Positions 10,113-20,714 are shown, counted from the first letter of the stretch. The stretch is 64,000 nt of DNA from an uncultured Marinobacterium sp. (GCA_947501565.1 CANMWJ010000002.1:348016-412015); one strand, 5' to 3'. Numbers and translations: made by a program. The notes: a model not told the origin generated them from the sequence alone.

Positions 10113-11835
10113 CGATCTGTACCTTTGCTGTCTGCTGAACTAGCTTGCCCTGGTCCAGTTGCAGATAGAGATCCGCTTGCGCCAGCGTTGAAGTGCGGTG
10201 GCTGATCAGAATGCGGGTACGGTCACAGAACAGCCCATCTACCGCATCGATTATCTCGCGTTCTGTCGCTTCGTCTACGGCCGACGTGGCCTCATCCATC
10301 ACCAGTACGCTAGGTTGTTGCAAAAGCGCACGTGCGATGGCGATACGCTGTTTCTGTCCGCCGGAAAGTTGCTGGCCGCGCTCACCCAACGGGGTATCTA
10401 AACCCTGCGGCAGGGATTCAATCAGTTCGCCTAAGCGGGCCTGAATCGCGGCACCCAGTACCTGCTCGTCGGTGGCGTCTGGCGCTGCATAACGGATGTT
10501 TTCGGCGACACTGCCCCGGAACAGCACGATCTCCTGGCTGACAACTGCGATACGACGGCGTAGATCCGCCAACGAGCAGTCACGCAGATTAACGCCATCC
10601 AGTTGGATTGTGCCCTGCTGCGGATCGTAGTGGCGCTGCAATAGGTCGATCAGGGTGGACTTGCCGGTACCCGATGGCCCCTGCAGTGCTACCTTGCTGC
10701 CTGCTGCGATCGTCGCGGAGGCATCCTCCAGCACGACTGCGCCTTTAGGACCGTAACGGAAGCTGATGTTATCAAGTTCGATTGTGCCGCCCTGCTCCGG
10801 CAATGCCTTGTGCTGGGTGGTTGTCTGAACGGCAACCTCTACATCACGCAACTCCATTACACGGCCCAAACTCACGGTCATACGCTGGATCGCTACGTAA
10901 AGGCCCAGCAGACTCTGCACCGGTCCGACCGCCATACCCAGATAAGTGGAGAACGCAATCAGCGCGCCAAGCTGCCACTGGCCCTCGATCACCCAGTAGC
11001 CGCCGATCAGAAACGCGCTGGCACGGGAGAGTGAGGTGAATGTGCTGGGTACTGCCTGTGTGAAGAATTCGGTGACCTGCAGTTTGAGCAGGTCACTGAG
11101 GTAGTGTTCGTTGAGCCCTTTCAGTCGATCGGACTCTTTTTTCTCCTGCCCTACCGACTGGATAAATTTCATCGCGGGCAGTGTTTCCACCAGAAAGGAT
11201 GAAAGGTCCGCCGAACGTTCGCGTAGTTTACGGGTGCGCACCTCCACCTTACGGCGCATCCAGCGCAGCCACAGTACCTCCAGCGGGATCAGCAGCGCCA
11301 CGATCAGCGACAGCTGCCAGGAGAGCGCCACCATCAACACGATCGCGCCGACAAGTCCGATAATGCTGGAAACGGCGGAGAACAGGGAGTCCACGGCAAA
11401 ACGCTGGATCTGCGCCACGTCACCATCCAGGCGGGAGAGGATGTCACCGATACGGCGTTGGGCAAAAAACGTTGGCGCCAGCTTCTGCAGATGACCGTAC
11501 ACATCGTCGCGCAGGCTGAACAGGATACGTGCCGACAGTTGCGTATGCAGATAGCGGTTAATACCGGACAATGCAGTACCGAAGATACCGACGCCGATCA
11601 TCGCCAGCGCAACCTGAACAAGCGTGCCATAGTCCTTGGCGATCAGACCGTCGTCGATCAGCATCTTGGTCAGCCAGGGCTGCATCAGCACCAGCATTGA
11701 GGCCAGCAGCGACAACCCCAGCACGCGCAGAATCGCGATCCGTTGCGGTTTTACAAACCCGAACAGCCAGTGCAGTGCGCGCTCAAGGGTTTGAGGGTCG
11801 GTGGTTTCAACGGCGCGGGCGAGCCATCTGATCAT
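10105..11835 (-). CDS. qhpF: ABC exporter (fused permease + ATPase) QhpF
   Basis: Six-TM ABC exporter fold, Walker A GPSGTGKST, signature LSGGQKQR and Walker B VLVMDEATSAVD. Confidence 0.8.
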   Translation of the reverse strand: MIRWLARAVETTDPQTLERALHWLFGFVKPQRIAILRVLGLSLLASMLVLMQPWLTKMLIDDGLIAKDYGTLVQVALAMIGVGIFGTALSGINRYLHTQLSARILFSLRDDVYGHLQKLAPTFFAQRRIGDILSRLDGDVAQIQRFAVDSLFSAVSSIIGLVGAIVLMVALSWQLSLIVALLIPLEVLWLRWMRRKVEVRTRKLRERSADLSSFLVETLPAMKFIQSVGQEKKESDRLKGLNEHYLSDLLKLQVTEFFTQAVPSTFTSLSRASAFLIGGYWVIEGQWQLGALIAFSTYLGMAVGPVQSLLGLYVAIQRMTVSLGRVMELRDVEVAVQTTTQHKALPEQGGTIELDNISFRYGPKGAVVLEDASATIAAGSKVALQGPSGTGKSTLIDLLQRHYDPQQGTIQLDGVNLRDCSLADLRRRIAVVSQEIVLFRGSVAENIRYAAPDATDEQVLGAAIQARLGELIESLPQGLDTPLGERGQQLSGGQKQRIAIARALLQQPSVLVMDEATSAVDEATEREIIDAVDGLFCDRTRILISHRTSTLAQADLYLQLDQGKLVQQTAKVQIDD

Positions 11836-11880
11836 AGGACTGGGGTACTCGGTGGAAAGCTAAAACACATATGAATCCAC

Positions 11881-11943
11881 TGTAACCGGATGTAACAGTG
11901 GGCATTCGATCACTTTGTATGAAGATGTAACAGGTTGTAACGG
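11881..11943. promoter_or_regulatory. Array of TGTAAC / GATGTAAC direct repeats upstream of the qhpFEG operon
   Basis: TGTAACC-GGATGTAACAG ... GATGTAACAG GTTGTAACGG, with 10-bp phasing. Confidence 0.4.
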
Positions 11944-11960
11944 AGCCGGTAGCAGGAAGT

Positions 11961-13886
11961 TTAGCCTTCCTGCTCCAGTTCCTGCAGTCGGCGATACAGC
12001 GTTGCACGGCTGATACCCAGTGCTTTAGCTGTGGCGCTGATATTGCCGTTATGCTCATCCAGCGCCTTGCGGATCGTCTGTTGTTCGCTCTGCTTTAGAA
12101 TACCGCCGCTACCCTGTCCCTCCGCTTCATGGTTCAGCTGGTCAAGGAAATCGTCGGTGAGGTGATCTTCGGTGATCAGCAGTTCATCCTCGTCAAGGAA
12201 CGCCAATGCCGCTTTGAGTATGGTCTCCATCTGGCGGATGTTGCCTGGCCAGCTGTAGTCAGACAAACTGGTTAACAATCCAGATTCGATCTCGACCGGT
12301 TTGCTGATCCCGCAACGTTGCTGAACCGCGCCAAGTAATTTGGCCAGAAACTCCGGCAGATCTGCCCGCTCACGCAGCGCTGGCAGTTTTACGCCCACAC
12401 CGTTCAAGCGATAGAACAGATCTTCACGGAAATCGCCCTCGGCCACCAGGGCGCGCATATCGCGGTGGGTGGCGCAGATCAGGCGGATATCCAGAGAAAC
12501 CTCTTCGCCACCGCCGAGCGGAGCAACGCGGCGTTCCTGCAATACGCGCAGCAAGCGTGCCTGCAGCGCCAGTGGCATATCGCCGATCTCATCAAGGAAT
12601 AGCGTACCGCCGTCAGCCTGCTGGAAACGGCCCACCATGCCGCCACGGCGGGAGCCGGTGAAGGCACCTTCGCGGTAACCAAAGAGTTCGGATTCGATCA
12701 GGCCTTCCGGAATTGCGGCGCAGTTAACAGCGATAAAAGGTTTGTTGGCACGAGGTCCCGCGTCGTGCAGCGCACGGGCAACCACCTCTTTACCGGTACC
12801 GGTTTCACCGTTAAGCAGTACCGGCAGGTCGTGCGCCATCCCTTTCAGAGCCATCTTCAGGCTGCGGCTTAGGCGTGGATTATTGCCTGCCACCTCGGCG
12901 AGTCCCGGACGTTTCTCTTCACCGCTGCGCTTGATGCGTTGCTCAGCGGTAAACGGCAGACTGATACGTGGTTTAGGCAGCTGAATCAGGCGGCAGTAAA
13001 GCGCGCCGTTACGGGTTTGCAGGGTATGGGGTTTGCCCTGCATCAGATGGTTGATCAACTGGGATGCGCTGATACCCAGCACCTCCTCCAGAGGCCGCTG
13101 CTTGAGAGCACCCTCCTGTACGTTCAGCAACTGGTGCGCTTGTTGGTTTGCGCCCAGCAGGTCGCCATCGGGATCAACGGCCAGTAGCCCCTGCCAGACA
13201 GAATCCAGGTATTGCTGGCGGCTATGGATAGCGATCACCGCGTTTTCATTAAAACTGGCGGAGAAAAGACGGTTCTCGATGGAACGCGCCGCCATCTGCA
13301 CCACTTCCAGTGGCTGTTGCACGCGACCGCGCAGATGGGTCATATCCAGCACACCCAGGGTGTTGCCGCTAGGGTCAAAGATCGGTGAAGAGGTACAGCT
13401 GAACTGATTCAGGCGATCCAGAAAATGCTCGTGGCCTTCGATCTTAACCGGACAAGCGTCAACCAGTGCAGTGCCCAAGGCGTTGGTGCCGCGGCTTACT
13501 TCGCTCCAGCAGACGCCGGGATTGAGGGCGTAACGTGCGGCTTTGTCCAGCGCATTGCTGTTGCCTTTTACGGCCAGAATACGGGCGTCACAATCGGCAA
13601 GCATCACCAACGCACGATCAGCGGCGTACTGACGGGTCAGCATCTCCACTTCGGGCGCAGCGCAATCCAGCAGAAGCTTGTTCTGCTCGCGCAGATCCTG
13701 CACGTCAGCGCGACTCAGTTGTTCGACGTCAACGCTGTTCTGGGTATCCAGGCCCGCATCTAAACTGCGCAGCCAGGACGCTTCGATCGGTTCGCGCAGC
13801 TGCCCACCGGGAATATCTCGCTGCAGAATCAGTTGCCGTGTTACGTCGGTACGCAACAGGTTATGGGGTTCGGTATTGATCGCCAT
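11961..13886 (-). CDS. Sigma-54-dependent transcriptional activator with N-terminal GAF sensor (AcoR-type)
   Basis: AAA+ sigma-54 interaction motifs GETGTGKE and GAFTGS, plus a C-terminal HTH (ISATAKALGISRATLYRRL). ATG 13886 has an AAGGTGGAG SD; the track GTG is at 13898. Confidence 0.8.
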   Translation of the reverse strand: MAINTEPHNLLRTDVTRQLILQRDIPGGQLREPIEASWLRSLDAGLDTQNSVDVEQLSRADVQDLREQNKLLLDCAAPEVEMLTRQYAADRALVMLADCDARILAVKGNSNALDKAARYALNPGVCWSEVSRGTNALGTALVDACPVKIEGHEHFLDRLNQFSCTSSPIFDPSGNTLGVLDMTHLRGRVQQPLEVVQMAARSIENRLFSASFNENAVIAIHSRQQYLDSVWQGLLAVDPDGDLLGANQQAHQLLNVQEGALKQRPLEEVLGISASQLINHLMQGKPHTLQTRNGALYCRLIQLPKPRISLPFTAEQRIKRSGEEKRPGLAEVAGNNPRLSRSLKMALKGMAHDLPVLLNGETGTGKEVVARALHDAGPRANKPFIAVNCAAIPEGLIESELFGYREGAFTGSRRGGMVGRFQQADGGTLFLDEIGDMPLALQARLLRVLQERRVAPLGGGEEVSLDIRLICATHRDMRALVAEGDFREDLFYRLNGVGVKLPALRERADLPEFLAKLLGAVQQRCGISKPVEIESGLLTSLSDYSWPGNIRQMETILKAALAFLDEDELLITEDHLTDDFLDQLNHEAEGQGSGGILKQSEQQTIRKALDEHNGNISATAKALGISRATLYRRLQELEQEG

Positions 13887-14127
13887 CGCCCACTCCACCT
13901 TATTGTTATTGTCTGGATTTGGGGTTGATCGGATTGGTAAAACACAGCGGTGTTACCAAACATGGATTCAAAAATACTAGCAGATTACGTTTCTGGATTC
14001 TCCTACCTGACAATCGCCGTATCCTCGATACGCGAAACGCATAAGGGTGGGCGGTGTAGCTAACGCAACCAGCCAACTACGCCGCCCTGCCGTCCCTGGC
14101 AATGGGGTAGAACGTTAAACGCGCTTC

Positions 14128-15456
14128 TTAGTAGAAGTACATCAGCACTGCCTGCAGGTACAGGTTGTCGTTGCTGTTGCCCTGAGCCGCGATGTTCGCG
14201 GTGCCTTTTGGCTCGTACAGACCGATCATCGGGCTGAATACCCAGTTGTCGTTAATAGACCACAGAGCGTACAGATCGATCTCGGTTGCGGCGTTATCCG
14301 CGGCGTTGTCTGTCTTATCGAAATCCCAGTACTGCAGGCCTACGGTCAGATCCTCACGTGGTGTCAGGGTCAGTTCCAGTCGATCAACCTCGTTACCGCT
14401 GTTGAACGGGCCGCCGTAGTTCGCTGCAACCTCACCCTGGAACCAGGTACCGAAACCGCGGGTGAAACCGAAGAACAGCGGATCGAAGGTTTCATCTTTG
14501 CTGGTGGCAGTGTTATCGCCGGAGAACTCCGCGTGGCGGTAGTTCAGGTTTGGTGTCCATGGCAGATCGGCAAAGGTCCAGCCGCCCTCCACGTACCAGG
14601 CGTCAGCGTCCTTCTCGGTCTGATCACCGCCGGTTTCTGACACGTATTCAAACGACAGGAACAGGTTGTCGACGCCCATGCTACCCTGCCCGCGCAGGCT
14701 GACTACATCCATACCGTCGCGGTTATCGAACAGTGCCAGGCCGGCGCCTACGTCCACGTCGGTGGCTTTCATGTAGGTCAGGCCCAGCGTGCCCATCGCA
14801 TCGTCGACGTACTCCAGATTCAGACCGGTCAGTTCGGTGTTCTGCTGGTACTGGTTGTCAGACTTCAGCCAGAACAGGTCGCCCCGGATCGGGCCTTCAG
14901 GATCAACTTTCAGAATTGCGGTGTTGTCGAAGCTCTTGCGGCCCGCCAGATAGTAGGCACCGCCACGGTCCAGACTGCCATTGGAGACAGAATCAAAACC
15001 TTTACCCGGGCTGATCGCATCACCGGCGATCAGAAAACCGTCGCCCAGGGTAAATATCTGTCGACCCACAGAAAGATCAACGAGGTTGTTGGAGGACTGC
15101 CAGCCAACGTAGGCGTTTTCCAGATGGATTTCGTCTTCGTCACCGGTGGTCAAACCCAGGCCGTCACCGTCGCTGCGGGTACCCAGCGCGATGACGCCGA
15201 TACCGCCATAAAGAGTGTTGCCGTTCTCCAACAGGCTGGAGCCGACGAGGTCACCTTTGATGTACGCTTCCTGCCAGGATTTTTCGCCCGGTGTGCCAGT
15301 GTAGTTCTCATCCAGCGACATTGCTGCGGCCATCGCTTCAACGTTAAATGAGATGGTTTTGCCGTTCTCTTCTGAGATGACAGCTGCCAGCAGGTTGGGT
15401 GCAAAGCATGCTGATAAAGCCATAGCAGTCAATGAGTTACGCATTGTTTTTATCAT
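14128..15456 (-). CDS. Outer-membrane beta-barrel porin-like protein (paralog of 55194..56489)
   Basis: Signal peptide MIKTMRNSLTAMALSA..., C-terminal ...LMYFY. Shares blocks (NAWYVEGGWTFAD..W.P..NYR) with the second copy. Start set at ATG 15456 with a GGAG SD. Confidence 0.65.
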   Translation of the reverse strand: MIKTMRNSLTAMALSACFAPNLLAAVISEENGKTISFNVEAMAAAMSLDENYTGTPGEKSWQEAYIKGDLVGSSLLENGNTLYGGIGVIALGTRSDGDGLGLTTGDEDEIHLENAYVGWQSSNNLVDLSVGRQIFTLGDGFLIAGDAISPGKGFDSVSNGSLDRGGAYYLAGRKSFDNTAILKVDPEGPIRGDLFWLKSDNQYQQNTELTGLNLEYVDDAMGTLGLTYMKATDVDVGAGLALFDNRDGMDVVSLRGQGSMGVDNLFLSFEYVSETGGDQTEKDADAWYVEGGWTFADLPWTPNLNYRHAEFSGDNTATSKDETFDPLFFGFTRGFGTWFQGEVAANYGGPFNSGNEVDRLELTLTPREDLTVGLQYWDFDKTDNAADNAATEIDLYALWSINDNWVFSPMIGLYEPKGTANIAAQGNSNDNLYLQAVLMYFY

Positions 15457-15517
15457 TGTTTCTCTCCGTAAACGAAACACTTTCTTATTGTTGTTTTGCT
15501 TTCTCCGGGCAAAAAAA

Positions 15518-15546
15518 CGGCCCGGGGAGGAACCCTCCCCGTATGG
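15518..15546 (-). terminator. Possible partial terminator downstream of qhpB
   Basis: Minus-strand hairpin CGGGGAGG-GTTC-CTCCCCG followed after 4-5 nt by TTTTTTT. Confidence 0.35.
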
Positions 15547-15646
15547 GCCAAGGCTTGGGATTGCTAATTGCTACCCGGAGGAGTGATCGCGGCCGAGGGG
15601 AAATACACAGCCGCGTTCGCCGTGGTGGGTCAAAGACCCGTTACGG

Positions 15647-16804
15647 TTAACGAATAAAGACCTGGGATGTAGAGATCGCCATATCGCCACCCGGCAGCTT
15701 GATGTTGCCCAGTTTCTCCATGGAGTCAGCGTCGTAGATCGCCACGTCGTCGTAGGTACCGCCCAGATACACTTTGCTACCGTCGTGGTTCATGGCGATG
15801 CAGTAGTAGGAGTGATCCAGCTCGGCGGCTTTGATCAGCTTCTGCTGTTTCACGTCGTACTTCGCCAGACGGTTCAGCACGCCGAACACCAGGTTCGGGT
15901 CTTTTGGCGACTTCATACCGGTGAAGTAGATCTCGGTGATCGGGCCGAAGTCGGTGGTTTCGGTTTCACCGGTCTCCAGATCCACGTTCAGGTAGCCGTA
16001 GATCCAGTCGGCAGTGGCCAGATCCTGCTTCTCATCCTGAAAACGCGCGGTGGTGTAAAGGATGGTGAAGTCCTTGCTCGGGGTCTGGATTGGCCAGGCG
16101 TTCAGTACGTCCGGCTGCACGTACAGCGGGCGCTCCCAGTTGCGGCTAGGCAGGTGTACGTCGTATTTACCGGTTTTCACATCCATCTTGTAGATGTCGG
16201 CTCCAGCCATATACAGGCCGCCGTCTTTACCGGTTGCCATTACGGTTACCTGACGCGGTGCCGGGAAGGTACGGACCGGCTTTGCACCTTTGCCGTCTGC
16301 GGTGTTGTAGACCGCCAGATAGGTGTCCTGCACACGGTAATGGTCACGGTTCAGCTTGGTTGGGTTGTGCATCACGTACAGCTCTTTGCCGTCCGGACTC
16401 AGCGCCATGGAGAACAGCGATTTGGTGCGGACGCTGTTCTGTCGGTCTGAGAAGGTGGTGTGGAAACTGATACTGCAATCGTCCACGTTGATGCCGTACA
16501 CGTCCTCGTAGTGGTTGGTCAGCATGTAGACAGTCTTTTTGTCCGGTGCGACCTGCAGTACACCCGGGCCGTACGCGCCCGGTACCTTACAGGTTTTCAG
16601 GAGACTGTCGGTCTGCAGATCCAGAACATGGATCTGGTTCGGGTAGTTGGCAACCACCATGTACTCCTGCCCCGCTTTCAGCGCGGGGCCTACTTTCTCA
16701 GGAGCATCAGCGTAGGTAACACCGCTGGTCAGTGTAGCTCCAAGAATACCTGCACCGGCCATCAGGCTACGCAGGGTTTTGCGCATCTTGTTTTTGTTAT
16801 TCAT
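15647..16804 (-). CDS. qhpB: Quinohemoprotein amine dehydrogenase beta subunit (beta-propeller)
   Basis: 385 aa with a signal peptide. ~45% identical to the second copy at 37183..38343. Lies immediately downstream of qhpC. Confidence 0.8.
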   Translation of the reverse strand: MNNKNKMRKTLRSLMAGAGILGATLTSGVTYADAPEKVGPALKAGQEYMVVANYPNQIHVLDLQTDSLLKTCKVPGAYGPGVLQVAPDKKTVYMLTNHYEDVYGINVDDCSISFHTTFSDRQNSVRTKSLFSMALSPDGKELYVMHNPTKLNRDHYRVQDTYLAVYNTADGKGAKPVRTFPAPRQVTVMATGKDGGLYMAGADIYKMDVKTGKYDVHLPSRNWERPLYVQPDVLNAWPIQTPSKDFTILYTTARFQDEKQDLATADWIYGYLNVDLETGETETTDFGPITEIYFTGMKSPKDPNLVFGVLNRLAKYDVKQQKLIKAAELDHSYYCIAMNHDGSKVYLGGTYDDVAIYDADSMEKLGNIKLPGGDMAISTSQVFIR

Positions 16805-16822
16805 CGCTTTGTCCTGTGCTGG

Positions 16823-17149
16823 TTACTTCTTATCGGATGGGAACACGGTGCCCAGATTGCGCCAGCTCTCGCCGGAATCCAGTGCGTTTTCGTTCCAGTT
16901 GGTGTGCGTGTTCATCATGTCCGGCACCTGCGCAGGCCACCAACATGGATCGGCACAGCCATACAGGTCGGATTCCATCGGCTGACACAGGGAGGTTACG
17001 GAACCAAACGCATCGATCTCCCAGCCCGGGTCGGTGGTGGCGGCACAACCGGCCAGTGACTGCATCGCAACCACCTCTTCCACCTGATCTTCAGCAACCG
17101 CTTTGTCCAGCAGCTGCGCTTTGTTGTTTATCGCTTTCAGATGTTTCAT
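16823..17149 (-). CDS. qhpC: Quinohemoprotein amine dehydrogenase gamma subunit precursor (CTQ-bearing, thioether cross-linked)
   Basis: 28-aa leader [10 protein letters not shown]...EEVVAM followed by a core with Cys7, Glu16, Cys27, Asp33, Cys37, Cys41, Trp43 and Asp49, all at the spacings described for the Paracoccus gamma subunit. GGAGG SD. The track ORF extends further 5' to 17224. Confidence 0.85.
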   Translation of the reverse strand: MKHLKAINNKAQLLDKAVAEDQVEEVVAMQSLAGCAATTDPGWEIDAFGSVTSLCQPMESDLYGCADPCWWPAQVPDMMNTHTNWNENALDSGESWRNLGTVFPSDKK

Positions 17150-17150
17150 A

Positions 17151-18644
17151 TCAGTTTGCCCTCCGAGGCAAAATGTATTGATCGATGAAGCCCGGGTTCT
17201 CGGCCATGATGCGTGCGTACACATCGATGCCGAAATCCACCCAATCCCTCATCAGATCGCAATAGTGGTAGGTAGGACGGGTCGCATCACCGTAACGGGC
17301 GTGGCTCTCGTGGTAACAGCCGCCGGAGCAGAGGTTACGAATACGGCAGGAGGCGCAACCGGTGTTGCTGCGGTCGAGCCGTTGCGAGAGGAAATCGCCC
17401 AGTTGGGCGTGGTCCACGCCGTTCTGAATGTCACCAAAGGTGTTCAGATCGGAGCCGGTGAAACGATGACAGAGGTTGAGATCGCCCTTGTGATCCACCG
17501 CCAGCATCTTCAGGCCTGCGCCACAGGGCAGCGCTTTCTTATGGCCTTCGTGCAGGTCGGTGATCAGCTGGTGCAGGTTGGAGAAACCGATGTTGCGGTT
17601 CTCCAGCGCGGCAGCGAGATACTGCTCACCCAGCGCCTTCATGTTGTCGAACACCTGCTTGAGCTCATCGTCGGTCAGATTGAAGTAGGAGACGTCACCG
17701 GATGTCACCGGTGCAAAACCCACCTCTGCAAAGCCCAGTTCGTTGAACAGGTGGTCCCAGATACCTACCACGTCGGTGGTGCCTTTGGTCAGGGTGACGC
17801 GGGCACCGATCGGACGGCGACGGTAACCGGCCAGCAGCATCTTCGCTTTCTGGCTCACCACGTCGTATGTGCCCTGCCCGCCCACGGTGATTCGGTTCTT
17901 ATCGTGTACCGCTTTGGGGCCATCCATACTCACGGAGAGACCGAAGTTGTGTTCCGACAGCCAGGCAACGATTTCCTCGTTGAGCAGCGTGGCGTTGGTG
18001 GTCATGGTGAACTCCACCCGCTTACCGCGTGCCGGAATCTCCCGTTCGCACCATGCCACCACCGATTTGATCAGTGGCAGATTGCTCAGAGGCTCACCAC
18101 CAAAGAAGACGATGTTGTACAGGTCCTCGTCCGGAGACTCGGCCAGCATCATCTCGATCGATTGGATCGCTGTCTCGAAGGTCATCTTCTTGCCCGCAGA
18201 GGGCTTGTCCAGATCTTCCTTGTAGCAGTAGGTGCAGCTCAGGTTACAACCGGTATTCACGTTCAGCACGATGGTGTTGAGCGGGAACTGATCCACCGAT
18301 TTAGCCGCGATCTCCTCGGTCAGCGGCGAGCCGTCGCTCACCACCTCCAGTGCCATCAGTTCGCGCAGGGTGTCCGCGATCTGTTGGGCTGTGAAGCTAT
18401 CGTTCAGGTGGCGGATCAGATCCGGGCTGGTCCACTTCTCAGTGCTGTTCACGTCGCCGCGCAGGGTATCGATCACCCCGGCGGTGACACCGTCCAGCTC
18501 AAACAGAGAGCTGGTTGGGATATGGAACAGCAAGCGGCGTTCGCTCACCTGCACCAGGTGCAGGTTATGCTCGACCAGATTCAGCACGGAGCTGTTGTCT
18601 AAAGACAGCCCTGAGCCGCTGTTAAGGTGTAGTTGGGCGCTCAT
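17151..18644 (-). CDS. qhpD: Radical SAM/SPASM maturase QhpD (forms gamma-subunit thioether bonds)
   Basis: CNLSCTYC radical-SAM cluster motif and a C-terminal SPASM Cys cluster (CGAG...[14 protein letters not shown]). GAGGAGG SD. Confidence 0.85.
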   Translation of the reverse strand: MSAQLHLNSGSGLSLDNSSVLNLVEHNLHLVQVSERRLLFHIPTSSLFELDGVTAGVIDTLRGDVNSTEKWTSPDLIRHLNDSFTAQQIADTLRELMALEVVSDGSPLTEEIAAKSVDQFPLNTIVLNVNTGCNLSCTYCYKEDLDKPSAGKKMTFETAIQSIEMMLAESPDEDLYNIVFFGGEPLSNLPLIKSVVAWCEREIPARGKRVEFTMTTNATLLNEEIVAWLSEHNFGLSVSMDGPKAVHDKNRITVGGQGTYDVVSQKAKMLLAGYRRRPIGARVTLTKGTTDVVGIWDHLFNELGFAEVGFAPVTSGDVSYFNLTDDELKQVFDNMKALGEQYLAAALENRNIGFSNLHQLITDLHEGHKKALPCGAGLKMLAVDHKGDLNLCHRFTGSDLNTFGDIQNGVDHAQLGDFLSQRLDRSNTGCASCRIRNLCSGGCYHESHARYGDATRPTYHYCDLMRDWVDFGIDVYARIMAENPGFIDQYILPRRAN

Positions 18645-18697
18645 GGCAACCTCCTCGTCATACCTCGGTTAAACGTTGTCAGGTGCAATCGCTACGC

Positions 18698-20299
18698 TTA
18701 TGGCAGCGGCGCATCGTTCCAACGTTGAACCGTAACGATCAGTTGGCCATCGCCCTGCAGGGTCTGGTCACCATCCTTAACAGACGCCACCACTTTCAGG
18801 TTACCGGCGTTGTTGGTGGACATGCGGCGTTCCGGGTTAGGCCCGGCATTGCCCGGCGTAAACACACCACTGGTAGCATCCATACGACCGGCAAAGTACA
18901 CGTCGTTGTCCGCTCTCGCCGCTTCGTCGAACGGCTCCACATGCCAGCTGGCAGGCAGGTAGCCGATACGGATGTCGTCCTCAGTACCTGGCTTACCGTC
19001 AGCACCCGCGCCCCAGGCTTCCGCTTCGAAACGGGCCTGTACTTTCGGTGTGCTACCGCCGTTACCGCCCACTCGGGCGATGGTGAACGCCGGTTGTACT
19101 TTGATGGAATCAACCTTGTTGTAGACGGCGAACTGGCCACCGTTGACGCCACCCACAGTGACGGAGTTGGCTGAGGTGGTGGCGTTCGCGTCGGCTTTCG
19201 CCAGTACGGTGACGCTGTTGTAGGTGCGTTTCAGTACTTTCTCCACGCTCACGCCGTTACCCAGGGAGACGCGCCCTTTCAGGCCTGTGCCCACGATGGT
19301 GACTTCGGTGGATTCACCCGCTTTCAGGTTTTGCGGATAAACAGCGACGATCTGGTGGTTGCCGGTGGTCGCTTTCGCCGCACTGAACTCCATACCGCGC
19401 TCATCGTGTGCCGCTTCAAATACACGGCCACTCAGGTTCATGCCGTCTTTGCTCGCTGCCAGCACCTGACGGGTAATCACACCGCCCAGGTCTATCTCAG
19501 CGCGCCATTCGAAACCGGTATAGACGATCGCTGTGCCGCTGCCTTTGAGCGGTGTGCCATCGGCCCAGGTGCCTTCCATGCTTACGCTGTAGCGGTCCCC
19601 CGCTTGCTGAGTAATCGTCATCAGGCCACTGCCGTCACCACGGCCCGGCTGATGCACGGCGAAGCTCCACTGACCGACAAAGTCGGGTTTAGCGGCGGAC
19701 TGCCACTGATCCCAGCTGTTGCTGTCCATCGGGAACATCTTGCTGAGTTTAGGCACCATCTCGTTCAACGCGATCGGGAACCAGTCGCGGTCACGCGCCA
19801 GCGCCTGATATTCGGTGGATGGCCACTGACCCAGATGGAAGTGCACCAGATGCTCCCACTCAGCTGCCGGACGGCGCTGCAGCCCGACGCGGGCACCAGA
19901 GTGGCAACGGGCGCACATCTCTTCAAACTGGCTGTCTTCGAAGGATTCCATGGTGTCGAGGCGACGTTCCATGGCGTAGCGGTAGGTGGAAGTTTCTTCC
20001 GGGGCGAGGCCCTGACGATCTGCCAGGTACTTCACCACGGTGGCACGATCGTCATCGCTGATCTGCAGACCGTGCATCATCTGCATACGGCCGATGGTCA
20101 TCAGCCAGCCTTCCGGCGTTTTGCGCTGGTGGCTGATACGGCTCCATTGGGGAGCAGCCTGATTCTCTTCAGTGTGACAGGCGAGGCATTTGCCCTGCAC
20201 GATCTTAACCGCGTCTTCCTGCGCGTAGCTCGGTAGCACGGTGGTCGTCAGAGCGGCGGTAATCGCCAGCGCCAACGGGCTTTTTATTATTGTGTTCAA
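18698..20299 (-). CDS. qhpA: Quinohemoprotein amine dehydrogenase alpha subunit (dihaem cytochrome c + beta-sandwich domains)
   Basis: Two CxxCH motifs (CLACH, CARCH) plus a signal peptide. TTG start at 20299 is preceded by a perfect AAGGAGG SD. Confidence 0.85.
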   Translation of the reverse strand: MNTIIKSPLALAITAALTTTVLPSYAQEDAVKIVQGKCLACHTEENQAAPQWSRISHQRKTPEGWLMTIGRMQMMHGLQISDDDRATVVKYLADRQGLAPEETSTYRYAMERRLDTMESFEDSQFEEMCARCHSGARVGLQRRPAAEWEHLVHFHLGQWPSTEYQALARDRDWFPIALNEMVPKLSKMFPMDSNSWDQWQSAAKPDFVGQWSFAVHQPGRGDGSGLMTITQQAGDRYSVSMEGTWADGTPLKGSGTAIVYTGFEWRAEIDLGGVITRQVLAASKDGMNLSGRVFEAAHDERGMEFSAAKATTGNHQIVAVYPQNLKAGESTEVTIVGTGLKGRVSLGNGVSVEKVLKRTYNSVTVLAKADANATTSANSVTVGGVNGGQFAVYNKVDSIKVQPAFTIARVGGNGGSTPKVQARFEAEAWGAGADGKPGTEDDIRIGYLPASWHVEPFDEAARADNDVYFAGRMDATSGVFTPGNAGPNPERRMSTNNAGNLKVVASVKDGDQTLQGDGQLIVTVQRWNDAPLP

Positions 20300-20369
20300 G
20301 GTCAGACCTCCTTTTGTTTTTGTTGTCCGGCGTTTGGATGTCCGGTGTATCTAACCTGCCCTTACACGT

Positions 20370-20386
20370 AGCGAAGCCCGTGCCAA
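20370..20386 (-). promoter_or_regulatory. Putative sigma-54 promoter for qhpADCB (cluster 1)
   Basis: Minus-strand TGGCACGGGCTTCGCT has GG-N10-GC spacing. The -12 element is TCGC rather than TTGC. Lies 70-85 nt upstream of the qhpA start. Confidence 0.35.
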
Positions 20387-20514
20387 AAAAAGAAATCTCT
20401 TTATTTACAATTGGTTACCTAAAAAATGTAGGGTTTCGGGTTATCCCGTATCGCGGTGCACACTGTTGCAGAACAAGACAACCTGTCCAAAGTTGAGACA
20501 CAGCGAGATGAGAT

Positions 20515-20591
20515 GTTGGGCATCGCGTTGCGGTGGCCAACCTACAGCGATGCGACCTATGTAGGTTGGCCATTTGGAACAAATGCCCAAC
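20515..20591. repeat. Inverted pair of REP elements (GTTGGGCATCGC...CCAACCTAC family)
   Basis: Palindromic ~31-nt units in head-to-head arrangement. Confidence 0.7.
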
Positions 20592-20714
20592 ACCCAACCT
20601 GACTCGATTTTTTACAGCCTGTCTCAGAATGTGACACACCATCAAAAACAGCATAAAAACCACTTACAAATAAAAATCCATAAAATTCAATTGGTTATGT
20701 GTATCTCGCTGTGT

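Noticed and set aside
17103-18602. Long ORFs antisense to well-supported genes (for example 15785..16450, 17103..18602, 19331..20236, 38434..39276, 40080..41402, 46391..47188, 47312..47983, 53800..54567, 55443..56426)
   Set aside because: Each lies wholly inside a gene with strong motif support on the other strand. They are high-GC shadow ORFs with no SD or domain signal.
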